Assembly: GCF_963921235.1 (NCBI RefSeq)
Contig: NC_086097.1
Coordinates: forward strand, 179,058,001-179,122,000
Direction of reading: 5' to 3'
DNA length: 64,000 nt
Source of the DNA: Mobula hypostoma
Taxonomy: Eukaryota
In this document: piece after piece, positions 50,201 to 61,059 of the stretch
Numbering within the stretch: the first letter of the stretch is position 1
How the letters are laid out: every line of letters begins with the position of its first letter
Position numbers and translations under genes: made by a program
The notes under the pieces: generated by a model
The model's input: the letters and a program-made list of their open reading frames with translations, nothing else
Told to the model about the DNA's origin: nothing
The model's database searches: none

Positions 50201-50559
50201 GCCTCTACGCACTGGAATTCAGAAGAATGAGGGGTGACTTAATTGAAACCCATTAAATGTTGAAATGCCTTGATATAGTGGATGTGGAGAAGATGTTTCC
50301 TGAGGTGGGAGAGTCTGAGACCAGAGGACACAGCCTCAGAACAGAGGGGCATCCTTTTAGAATGGAGATGAGGAGGAATTTCTTGAGCCAGAGGATAGTG
50401 ACTCTGTGGAACTCATTACCACAGATGGCTGTGGAAGCCATGTCATTGGGTATATTTAAGGCAGGAGACTGGGGCTCACAGGGAAAATGGATCAGCCATG
50501 ATGAAATGGTGGAGACTCATTGGACCAAATGGCCTGGTTCAGCTCCTATATCTTATGGT
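47261..50559 (+). mobile_element. Decayed CR1 (end of ORF1 to tail) nested in the host CR1
   Basis: APE and RT remnants (PEEWKIANITP, KFAHDKK, HLEYYEQFWAP) and tail tatatcttatggtc. Confidence 0.92.
49165..49425 (-). mobile_element. tRNA-derived V-SINE inserted in CR1 RT
   Basis: Reverse-complement head tgtgctaaccactgcactacc and V-domain ggaggaaacccacgtggtcac. Splits the VDVVYLDF codons. Confidence 0.8.
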
Positions 50560-50825
50560 CTAGCAAACAAAGTGAAGGAGAATCCTAAGGGATTCTACAG
50601 ATGTGTTAAGAGCAATAAGATTGCAAGGGACAAAATTTGTCCTCTGGAAGATCACAATGATAATATATGTGTGGAGCCAAAAGAGATGAAGGAGACCTTA
50701 AATGGACTTTTTTGCATCCATCTTTACTTGAGAGACAGTTGCAGAGTCTATAAAAGTGAGGCAAAGCAGCAGCGAGATCATAGACCCTATACAGATTACA
50801 GAAGAAGCAAATTAGTTGGTTAAAT

Positions 50826-53693
50826 AGGCAGGTGATAAAGAAGGGGCACACTCAGTCCGATGGTTTGAGATGTGTCTATTTTAATGCAAGGAGTATCATG
50901 AATAAAGCAGATGAGCTTAGACCGTGGATCAGCACTTGGAGCTATGATGTTGTGCCCATTACAGAGACTTGGATGGTGCAGGGGCAGGAATGGCTACTTC
51001 AAGTGCCAGGCTTTAGATGTTTCAGAAAGGATAGGGAGGGAGGAAAAAGAGGTGGGGGCATGGCACTGTTGATCAGGGATAGTGTCACGGCTGCAGAAAA
51101 GGAGGAAGTCATGGAGGGATTGTCTACAGAGTCTCTGTGGGTGGAAGTTAGGAATAGGAAGGGGTCAATAACTCTACTGGGTGTTTTTTATAGACCACCC
51201 AATAGTAACAGTGACATCGAGGAGCAGATAGGAAGACATTCTGGAAAGGAGTAATAATAACAGAGTTGTTATAGTGGGAGATTTTAATTTCCCAAATATT
51301 GATTGGCATCTCCCTAGAGTGAGGGATTCAGATGAGGTGGAGTTTGTTGTGGTGTGTTCAGGAAGGTTTCTTGACACAATATGTAGATAAGCCTACAAGA
51401 GGAGAGGCTGTACTTGATCTGGTATTGGGAAATGAACCTGGTCAGGTGTCAGGTCTCTCAGTGGGAGAGCATTTTGTAGATAGTGATCATAATTCTATCT
51501 CCTTTACCATAGCATTGGAGAGGGATAGGAACAGACAAGTTAGGGAAACGTTTAATTGGAGTATTATGAAGCTATCAAGCAGAAACTTGAAAGCATAAAT
51601 TGGAAACAGATGTTCTCAGGGAAAGGTACAGAAGAAATGTGGCAAACTTTCAGGGGATATTTGCGTGGGGTTCTGCATAGGTACATTCCAATGAGACATG
51701 CAAAGGATGGTAGGGTACAAGGTCCGTGGTGCACAAAGGCTGTTGTAAATCTAGTCAAGAAGAAAAGAAGAGTGTTTGAAAGGTTAAAAAAACTAGGTAA
51801 TGATATGAATCTAGAAGATTATAAGGCTAGCAGGAAGGAGTTTAAGAATGAAATTAGGAGAGCTAGAAGGGGCCATGAGAAGACCTTGGCAAACAGGATT
51901 AAGGAAACCCCCAAGGCATTCTACAAGTGAAGAGCAAGAGGATAAGACATGAGAGAATAGGACCAATCAAGTGTGACAATGGAAAAGTGCGAATGGAACC
52001 GAAGGAAATAGCGGAGGTACTTAATGAATATTTTGCTGCAGTATTCACTACGGAAAAGGATCTTGGTGATTGTAGGGATGACTTGCAGTGAACTGAAAAG
52101 CTTGAGAATGTAGATATTAAGAAAGGGGATGTGCAGGAGCTTCTGGAAAGCATCAAGTTGGATAAGTCACCGGGATCAGACGGGATGTACCCCAGGCTAT
52201 TGTGTAGAGCAAGGGAGGAGATTGTTGAGCCTCAAGCAATGATCTTTGATTCATCAATGAGCACGGGAGAGGTTCTGGAGGATTGGCGGGTTGCGGATGT
52301 TGTTCCCTTATTCAAGAAAGGGAGTAGGGATAGCCCAGGAAATCATAGGCCAGTGAGTCTTACTGAATGGTTGATAAGTTGATGGAGAAGATCCTGAGAG
52401 GCAGGATTTATGAACATTTGGAGAGCCATAATATGATTAGGAATAGTCGGCATGGCTTTGTCAAGGGCAGGTTGTGCCTTATGAGTTTGATTTGAATTTT
52501 TTGAGAATGTGACTAAGCACATTGATGAAGGTAGAGCAGTAGGTGTAGTGTATATGGATTTCAGCAAGGCATTTGATAAGGTACCCCATGCAAGGTATAT
52601 TGAGAAAGTAAAGAGGTATGGGATCCATGGGGGCATTGCCTTATGGATCCAGAACTGGATGTAGAGGGGTCATATTCTGCATGGAGGCCAGTGACCAGTG
52701 GTGTGCCTCAGGGATCTGTTCTGGGACCCCTACTCTTTGTGATTTTTATAAATGACCAGGATGAGGAAGTGGAGAGATGGGTTAGTAAATTTGCTGATGA
52801 ATCAAAGGTTGGATGTATTGTGGATAGTGTGGAGGGCTGTCAGAGGTTACAGTGGGACATTGATAGGACGCAAAACTTGGCTGAGAAGTTGAAGATGGAG
52901 TTCAACCCAGATAAGTGTGAGGTGGTTCACTTTGGTAGGTCAAATATGATGGCAGAATATAGTATTAATGGTAAGACTCTTGGCAGTGTGGAGGATCAGA
53001 GGGATCTTGGGGTCCGAGTCCATAGAACACTCAAAGCTGCTACGCAGGTTGACTCTGTGGTTAAGAAGGCATGTGGTGAATTGGCCTTCATCAATTGTGG
53101 GATTGAGTTTAAGAGCCAAGAGGTAATGTTGCAGTTATATAGGACCCTGGTCAGACCCCACTTGGAGTACTGTGCTCAATTTTGGTCGCCTCACTACAGG
53201 AAGGACGTGGAAACCATAGATAGGCTGCAGAGGCGATTTACAAGGATGTTTCCTGGATTGGGGAGCATGCCTTATGAGAATAGGTTGAGTAAACTCGGCC
53301 TTTTCTCCTTGGAGCGACGGAGGATGAGAGGTGACTTGATAGAGGTGTACAAGATAATGAGAGGCATTGATCATGTGGATAGTCAGAGGCTTTTCCCCAG
53401 GGCTGAAATGGCTAGCACGAGAGGGCATAGTTTTAAGATGCTTGGAAGTAGGTACAGAGGAGCTGTCAGGGGTAAGTTTTTTACACAGACTGGTGAGTGC
53501 GTGGAATGGGCTGCGGATGGCGGTGGTGGAGGCGGAAACAATAGAGTCTTTTAAGAGACTCCTAGATGGCTACATGGAGCTTAGAAGAATGGAGGGCTAT
53601 GGGTAAAGCCTAGGTAGTTCTAAGGTAGGAACATATTCCGCACAGTTTTGTGTGCCGAAGGGCCTGTATTGTGCTGTAGGTTTTCTATGCTTC
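50826..53693 (+). mobile_element. CR1 ORF2 (APE to tail) nested in the host CR1, 5-bp TSD
   Basis: [27 protein letters not shown] and KFADESK. taaat at 50821-50825 and 53694-53698. Confidence 0.94.
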
Positions 53694-54150
53694 TAAATCC
53701 CCGGAGTCTGACAAGGTGTTCCCTTGGACCCTGCAGGAGGCAAGTGGGGAAACTGCAGGGGTTCTAGCAGATACATTTATAGAATAGTGGCAGGTGAGGT
53801 ACCAGAGGATTGGAGGATGGCTAATGTTGTTCTGCTCTAAAAATAAACCAGGAAATTATAGTCCAGTGAGCCTGACATAGGCAGTGGAAAAGCTATTGGA
53901 AGGTATTCTAAGGGACTGGATAAATGAGTATTTGGATAGACATGGACTGATTAGGGATAATCAGCATGACCTTGTGCATGTCAAATTGTGTCTAACCAAT
54001 CTTATAGAACTTTTTGAGGAATTTACCAGGAAAGTCGATGAAGTCAAGGCAGTGGGTGTCGTCTACATGCACTTTATTAAGGCATTTGACAAGGTCCCGC
54101 ATCAGAATTTGGTCAAGAAGTTTCAGTTGCGTGGCACTCAAGATAAGGTA

Positions 54151-55313
54151 GACAAGTATTTGGACAGCCAAGGGCTGATTAAGGATAGTCAGCATGTATT
54201 TGTGCGTGGTAGATTGTGTTTAACAAATCTTGTAGAGTTTTTTGAGGAGGTTACAAAGAAAGTAGATGAGGGAAAGGCTGTGGATGTTGTCTACATGGAC
54301 TTTAGTAAGACCTTTGACAAGGTCCCACATGGGAGGTTAGTTCCGAAGGTTCAGACACTAGGTATCCATGGAGAGGTTTTAAACTGGATTCGAAATTGGC
54401 TGTGTGGGAGAAGACAAAGAGTGATAGTGGATGATTGCTTATCAGACTGGAGGCTCTGACTAGTGGTGTGCCTCAGGGATCTGTGCTGAGACCATTGTTG
54501 TTTGTTGCCTATATCAATGATCTAGATGAAAATGTGGAAAATTGGATCGGCAAGTTTGCTGATGACACTAAGATTAGAGGTGTTGTGGACAGCGAGGAAG
54601 GCTTTCAAAGCTTGCAGAGGGATCTGGAACAGCTGGAAAAATGGGCTAGAAAATGGCAGATGGAATTTAATGCAGACAAGTGTGAGGTATTGCATTTTGG
54701 AAGGACAAATCAAGGTAGGACATACACAGTAAATGGTAGGGCACTGAGGAGTGCAGAGGAACAAAAGGATCTGGGAGTTCAGATACATAATTCCCTGAAA
54801 GTGGCGTCACAGGTGGACAGGGTGGTAAAGATGGCTTTTGGCATCCTGGCATTCATAAATCAAAGTATTGAGTATAGGAGTTGGGATGTTATGGCGAGGT
54901 TGTATAAGACATTGGTGAGGCCAAATTTGGAATATTGTGTGCAGTTCTGGTCACCTAACTATAGGAAGGATATCAGTAAGATTGAAAGTGTGCAGAGAAG
55001 ATTTACTAGGTTGTTGCCAGGTCTGCAGGAGTTGAGTTACAGGGAAAGATTGAACAGGTTAGGACTTTATTCCTTGGAGCTTAGAAGAATGAGGGGAGAT
55101 TTGATAGAGGTTTACAAAATTATGAGAGGTATAGACAGAGTAAATGTGAATAGGCTCTTTCCACTTAGATTAGGAGAGATAAACACAAGAGGACATGGCT
55201 TTAGGGTGAAAGGGGAAAGATTTAGGGAGAACATTAGGGGGAATTTCTTCACTCGGAGAGTGGTGGGAGTGTGGAATGAGCTGCCATCTGACATGGTAAA
55301 TGCGGGCTCACTC
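54151..55313 (+). mobile_element. Younger CR1 RT segment embedded in the host CR1
   Basis: The QHGF-to-AFDKVPH block occurs twice in ORF 53884..54459 and VHNSLKVASQVD occurs twice in ORF 54435..55580. Confidence 0.85.
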
Positions 55314-55598
55314 TTACAGGTCCATAATTCATTGAAAGTGGCGTCACATGTAGACAGGATCATAAAGAAAACTTTTGGCACATTGGCCTTCATAAATCTA
55401 TGTATTGAGTACAGGAGGTGGGATGTTATGTTGATGTTGTATAAGACATTGTTGAGGCTTAATTTGGAGCATTGTGTGCAGTTTTGGTCACCTGCCAACA
55501 GGAAAGATGTAGATAAGGTTGAAAGAGTGCCTGAGAAAATTTACAAGGATGTTGTTAGGACTGGAGAACCTGGGTTATAAGGAAAGATTGAATAGGTT

Positions 55599-55797
55599 AG
55601 GACTTTATTCTCTGCAATGTAGAAGACCGAGGGGAGATTTCATAGAGATATAAAAAAATTATGAGGCATATACAGTAAATGCAAGCAGGCTTTTTCCAAG
55701 GACTTTATTCTTTGGAATGTAGAAGACCGAGGGGAGATTTCATAGAGTATAAAAAAATTATGAGGCACATAGAGTAAATGCAAGCAGGCTTTTTCCA
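55599..55797 (+). repeat. ~100-bp tandem duplication within the CR1 3' region
   Basis: aggactttattc...gcaagcaggctttttcca occurs twice head to tail. Confidence 0.92.
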
Positions 55798-56289
55798 CTG
55801 AGCTTTGGTGAGACTACAACTAGAAGCCATGGGTTAAGAGTGAAAGGTGAAAAGTTTAAGGGGGACATGAGGGGAAACTTCTTCACTCAGAAGGTTGTGA
55901 AAGTATGGAATGAGCTGCTAGTGCGTGTGATGCATGCGCGCTCGATTTCAACATTTAAAAGTTTGGATAGCTACATAGATGGTAGGGGTATGGGTGCAGG
56001 TAAATACAACTCGGCAGTTTAAGTGGTGCAGCACAGGCTTACATGTGCCAAAGGGCCCATTTCTGTTCTGTAGTTTTCTATGACTGTGATTCTAATAGAC
56101 AAAAGATGAAGTGATGTTCATGGCTTTGTGGACCATTCAGAAATCCGATGATGTAGGGAAAGATGCTGTTCCTGAATCATTGAGTGTGGGTCTTCAGGTT
56201 CCTGTACCTCCTCACCGATGGTAGTAATGAGAAGAAGGCATGCAGATCAAATCACTAATACAACCTCGTGACTCTTTCTAAGTGTAGAA

Positions 56290-56555
56290 TTATCTAGTAC
56301 TAGAGGATACGCATTTCAGGTGAGAGGACCAACATTTAAAGGAGACGTCTGGAGTATATTTTTTCACACAGAGTGCAGTGGGTGGCTGGAAGGTGTTGCC
56401 TGGAGTAGTGGTGAAAGCAGAAACAGTAGAGGTGTTTAAGAGGCTTTTAAATGGAGATATGAATAAGCAGGAAATAGAGGATGGATCGTGTTTGGCATTG
56501 TATTTGGCACAGACATCGTGAGATACTGCGCTGTACTCTTCCATGTACTATGTCC
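56290..56555 (+). mobile_element. CR1 3' end
   Basis: tttttcacacagagtgcagtgggtggctggaa...gctgtactcttccatgtactatg. Confidence 0.75.
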
Positions 56556-57019
56556 TATGGTGTCCTGATGCTATGAGAAGGCTAGTCAGCCCCATTCCTT
56601 TCAATGAGATCATGGCATATATTTTATCACAGTCCCATTTGCATTCACTAAACCCACATTCCCTATTACACAATAATCTATTGACCTCTATATAAGTATA
56701 CACTCCAAATGAGCCTCTAAAGCACTCTCAGATAGAGCGCTCCAGAGATTCACTACTCTGGGTGAAGAAACTTCTTCACCTCTGATTGGCCACCCCTATA
56801 TATTGAGACAATCATCACTGATACTAGATCTCCTCAAACTCTTCCACCAGCCAGTAGAAAATAATCCACACACTCATGTCTAAATTGGTTCACTGAAATC
56901 ACCTCTCACTCTTGTCAGCTCAAAGAGTTTCAGCTCAGTTCTGAGGAAAGCTCTTTGACCTGAAACACTAATTCTGTTTCTCTCTTCGTTGATACTGCTT
57001 GACTTGCTCGGAGTTTCCA

Positions 57020-57345
57020 GCAGGGAGAGATGGGAATGTGGAGTTCCCTCCCACGGGGGGAGGTGTGAACGTGGGGCTAACTCCCACAGGGAGAGGTGGG
57101 AATGTGGGGCTCACTCCCAAAGGGAGAGGTGGGAATGTGGAGCTCACTCCCACAGGGAGAGGTGGGAATGTGGAGCTCACTCCCACGGGGGGAGGTGTGA
57201 ACGTGGGGCTAACTCCCACAGGGAGAGGTGGGAATGTGGACCTCACTCCCAGAGGGAGAGGTGGGAATGTGGAGCTCATTCCCACGGGGAGAGGTGGGAA
57301 TGTGGAGCTCACTCCCAGAGGGAGAGATGGGAATGTGGAGCTCAC
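57020..57345 (+). repeat. 33-bp minisatellite, ~10 units
   Basis: Same unit as 4018-4276. The variant gggggaggtgtgaacgtggggctaactccc recurs 132 bp apart. Confidence 0.95.
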
Positions 57346-57954
57346 TGCAAGACAAAAGGCTGGAGACGAACAGCAGGGAGTGGTTGAACAGGAAAATGAT
57401 TAGAGAGAGGAATAGAGGGTGTTTATGGGAGAGGTGGAGGAGGACAGGAAGAGGCTGGTGTGGAGGGGGAACACCAGCATGAAGCAGACCAGCTGAATGG
57501 AACATTTCTAATTTTCAGGCTCTCTGTAATTCTTGATAGCCGATACTGCCACGTGGAAATGGTATTAAACTACCAAGTTTTAAGCAAGCTGCTTGGCGAA
57601 CTCTCCTGCTCCGTGATCCACAGATCACAGTTATAACTTCCAGCAGCATTCAGGCAGCTTGTCCTTGTCATAATTTTAATGTTCAATTTGCTGAGAAGAT
57701 CAAGCAACAAATTAGATCTCAACTCCAAGCTCTTCCTGACCACCACGTTGCATGATCTGTGCTGTCAAGATGGATGCCAAGTTTTAACAATTTCAAGTGT
57801 TCAACAAAGTGAGGGCAGACTTTAAGTTTGCAGCAGACTCTCTTTTTATTGTGATGGAGTCCAATTATCCATGGTTTGATGCCTCAGTTGACAGGGTCTT
57901 AACATTAGTTAATTAATCACTAAGCACTTTGACTGTGTCAATAAGCAAAGTCAC

Positions 57955-58195
57955 GTAGTCATACAGAACAGTAACAGTCCCAAAGACTTCACACAGAACA
58001 TTAACCACCCCTTTATACTGAACCTATATTAATTCCACATCACCACCCATTATTGTACCACTCACCCACACTCCTGGGCCAATTAACCCACTGACCTGCA
58101 TGTCTTTGGGATGTGGAAGGAAACCGGAGCTCTCGGGGAAACCCAAATGATCACATGGAGAGCCTACAAACTCCATTCAGACAGCACCAGAGGTA
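57955..58195 (-). mobile_element. V-SINE (HE1-like)
   Basis: tgcatgtctttgggatgtggaaggaaaccggagc...ggaaaccca...caaactcca is the reverse-complement V-domain. Confidence 0.8.
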
Positions 58196-59030
58196 GAAAC
58201 ATAGAAACACAGAAAACCTTCAGCACAATACAGGCCCCTTGGCCCATAATGCTGTGCCGAACATGTACTTACTTTAGAAATTACCTAGACTTAGCATAGC
58301 CCTCTATTTTTCTAAGCTCCATGTACCTATCCAGGAGTCTCTTAAAAGGCCCTTCACCACTCTCTGTGTAAAAAACTTAACCCTGACATCTCCTCTGTAC
58401 CTACTTCCAAGCATCTTAAAACTGTGCTATTTCAGCCCTGGGGAAAAGCCTCTGACTATCCACACAATCAGTGCCTCTCATCATCTTGTACACCTCTATC
58501 AGGTCACCTCTCTCTCATCCTCTGTCGCTCCAAGGAGAAAAGGCCAAGTTCACTCAACCTATTCTCATAAGGCATGCTCCCCAATCCAGGCAACATCCTT
58601 GTAAATCTCCTCTGCACCCTTTCTATAGTTTCCACATCTTTCCTGTCGTGAGGTAACCAGAACTGAGCACAGTACTCCAAGTGGGGTCTGATCAGGGTCC
58701 TATATAGCTGCAACATTACCTCTTGGCTCTTGAACTCAATCCCACGAATGATGAAGGCCAATACACTATATGCCTCCTTAACCACAGAGTCAACCTGCAC
58801 AGCCGCTTTGAGCGTCCTGTGGACTTGGACCCCAAGATCCCTCTGATCCTCCACACTGCCAAGAGTCTTACAATTAATACTATATTCTGCCCTCATATTT
58901 GACCTACCAAAATGAACCACCTCACACTTATCTGGGTTGAACTCCATCTGCCACTTCTCAGCCCAGTTTTACATCCTATCGATGTCCCACTGTAACCTCT
59001 GAGAGCCCTCCACACTATCCTCCACACCCC
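58196..59030 (-). mobile_element. CR1 3' portion (same subfamily as 50826-53693)
   Basis: Minus ORF 58504..58947 MEFNPDKCEVVHFGRSN...HLEYCAQFW and gaaacatagaaac tail. Confidence 0.93.
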
Positions 59031-59057
59031 CAGGTGAGGAATGAAGTTGGGTTAATA

Positions 59058-59455
59058 TAGAACAAAGAACGTAGAAAAGTACAGCATAGGAACAGGCCCT
59101 TTGGTTCATGATGTTCTGCCAAACTAATTAAACTAGAAATTACAAGCTTTCTAAATAATGCACTCTGACTGTGCAATATCCATATCCCTCCATTCTTGAC
59201 ACATTCATGTGCCTGTCTGCGAGCCCCTTAGATACCCCTGCCTCCATCACCACACCTGATAGAGAAATCTGAGCATCTACCATTCTGTGTGAAAAAAAAC
59301 TGCCATGCACATCCCCTTTAAAAGATTCCCCACCCCCCTTCACTTTAAATGCAAGCCCTCTACTACTGGACACTTCAACCCTGGGTATAAAGGACCAGCT
59401 TTCTATTCTATCTATGCCTCTCATAATCTTCTAAACCCCTGTCAGGTCTCTCCTC
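59058..59455 (-). mobile_element. CR1 3' end
   Basis: Minus ORF MRGIDRIES..FKGDVHGSFFSHRMV. Confidence 0.85.
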
Positions 59456-60419
59456 AGCATACCTATGACACATATCATCATACAAGCAGCATTCATAACA
59501 AAAGCAAAAAATAAATGCAAATTATATGCAATTGTTACAAAAGAGCACACAATTTGAATAAAAAACTCTCAGTGCAAGGTGATCAAAGTTGGTCATAGTG
59601 TTGCTATACTAAAGGCAGGTATCAAATGTGTTTAAAATACATTTGGACAGGTACTGTACGTGGTTAGCGGAGGCCTGTGTGTTTGTGTTTGTGCTTGTGA
59701 GTGGGTGGGACGGTGGGAAAGGGGCCTGTTTTCTTTGGTTCTATTGCTGTGGTTGCTACTTGTGTTCTGCTGAAGGTTGTGAGCATGCTAGTTGGCGCAG
59801 GTATGTGTGGCAATACTCGCAGGCAGCCCCCAACACATCCTTAGGTGTGTTGGCTGTTAACGCAAATACAACATTTCACTGTACGGCTTGATGTACATGT
59901 GGATAAATAAATCTCAGTCTGGATCCGGATGGGAAAGGTTTATGGGCCAACTGTAGGAATTCCATCATTCTCCTATGTTCCAATCAATAAAATCCCAACC
60001 TGCTCAACCTTTCCCCATAACTCAGTCCCTCGAGTCCCAGCAACATCCCGTAAATCTCTGCACTCTTTCAAGCTTAATGACATCCTTCCTGCAGCAGGGT
60101 GAGCAAAACTGAACACAATACTCCAATACGCCGACGTCTTACACGACTGTTTCCTGGGATGTTATCACAAACTCCATTTCCTGATCTGCATCTGTGGCAG
60201 AGCGATCACTCATCAACTTGCTTCTGTTTTCATTTAGACCCCAGTTCCTCCACTCCTGTGGAACCAGCAGCCTTAAACTTCGAGAAAGAAATCCGTCAGG
60301 GAGAAAAATGTGCTCCTCCTGGGGAGAACACAGCTGTGTTCCACTTTAATTTCTGCTAGCTCCCTCACTGCAGGACTGCCCAACGTCTTCTCAAGATTCA
60401 GCGCCTTGCCAAACTGACA

Positions 60420-60700
60420 GGGAGCTGGTGTCACTGCAAGAGACGCTGCATCACTGCTCTGGTGATCCGGGTTCAATCCGGACCCTCGGGTGCTCTCTGT
60501 GTGTGGGGGGGAGGTAGTTTCCACATTCTCCCTGTGATCTGTGTAGACTTCCCCAGAGAGTTCCAGTTTCCTCCCACAGACCAAAGACGCGCACTTTTGT
60601 TGGTTAGTTGGCCACTGTAAGTTGCACGCCTAGATGAGGGGTAGAACCTGGGGGGAGTTGACTGTCGTGTGAGAAAGGGGTGTGGGACGATGGGGGAAGT
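60420..60700 (+). mobile_element. V-SINE (HE1-like)
   Basis: B-box gggttcaatcc and V-domain tccagtttcctcccacagaccaaagacg...ttggccactgtaagttgc. Confidence 0.8.
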
Positions 60701-60995
60701 CATTAGTGAGACTTGGAATACTGTGTATAGTTTATGGTCACCTGGGTATAGGAAGGATATCAGTAAGCTGGAAAGAGTGCAGAAAAGATTCATGGCTATG
60801 TTACTAGGATTGGAGGGCATAGATATAAGGAGAAACCAGAAACTCTGGGACCATTTTTCCAGAAGGTGAGGAGTGAACTTATTGAGGTTTATAAAATCAT
60901 GATGGGCAGTGGTCACAGTCTTTTTCCCTGCAGTAAGGGAGTTTAAAATCAGAGACTAGGTTTAAGGTGAGGGGGGGGAAATTTAAAGTGGACAC
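60700..60995 (+). mobile_element. CR1 3' fragment
   Basis: LWSPGYRKDISKLERVQKRF. Confidence 0.82.
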
Positions 60996-61059
60996 AAAAG
61001 ATTGCTGACAGTGGAATCCGGAGCAACAAACAATCTGCTAGAGGAACTCAGAGTCACAG

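Larger units (their letters stand above)
44730..56090 (+). mobile_element. Formerly full-length CR1 (5'UTR-ORF1-ORF2-tail) expanded by multiple nested insertions
   Basis: Collinear host pieces at ~44730-44943, 45258-45996, 46233-46513, 47169-47260, 50560-50825, 53694-54150 and 55314-56090. Confidence 0.8.

Noticed and set aside
56968..57505. Overlapping repetitive ORFs in several frames
   Set aside because: Same minisatellite artefact.
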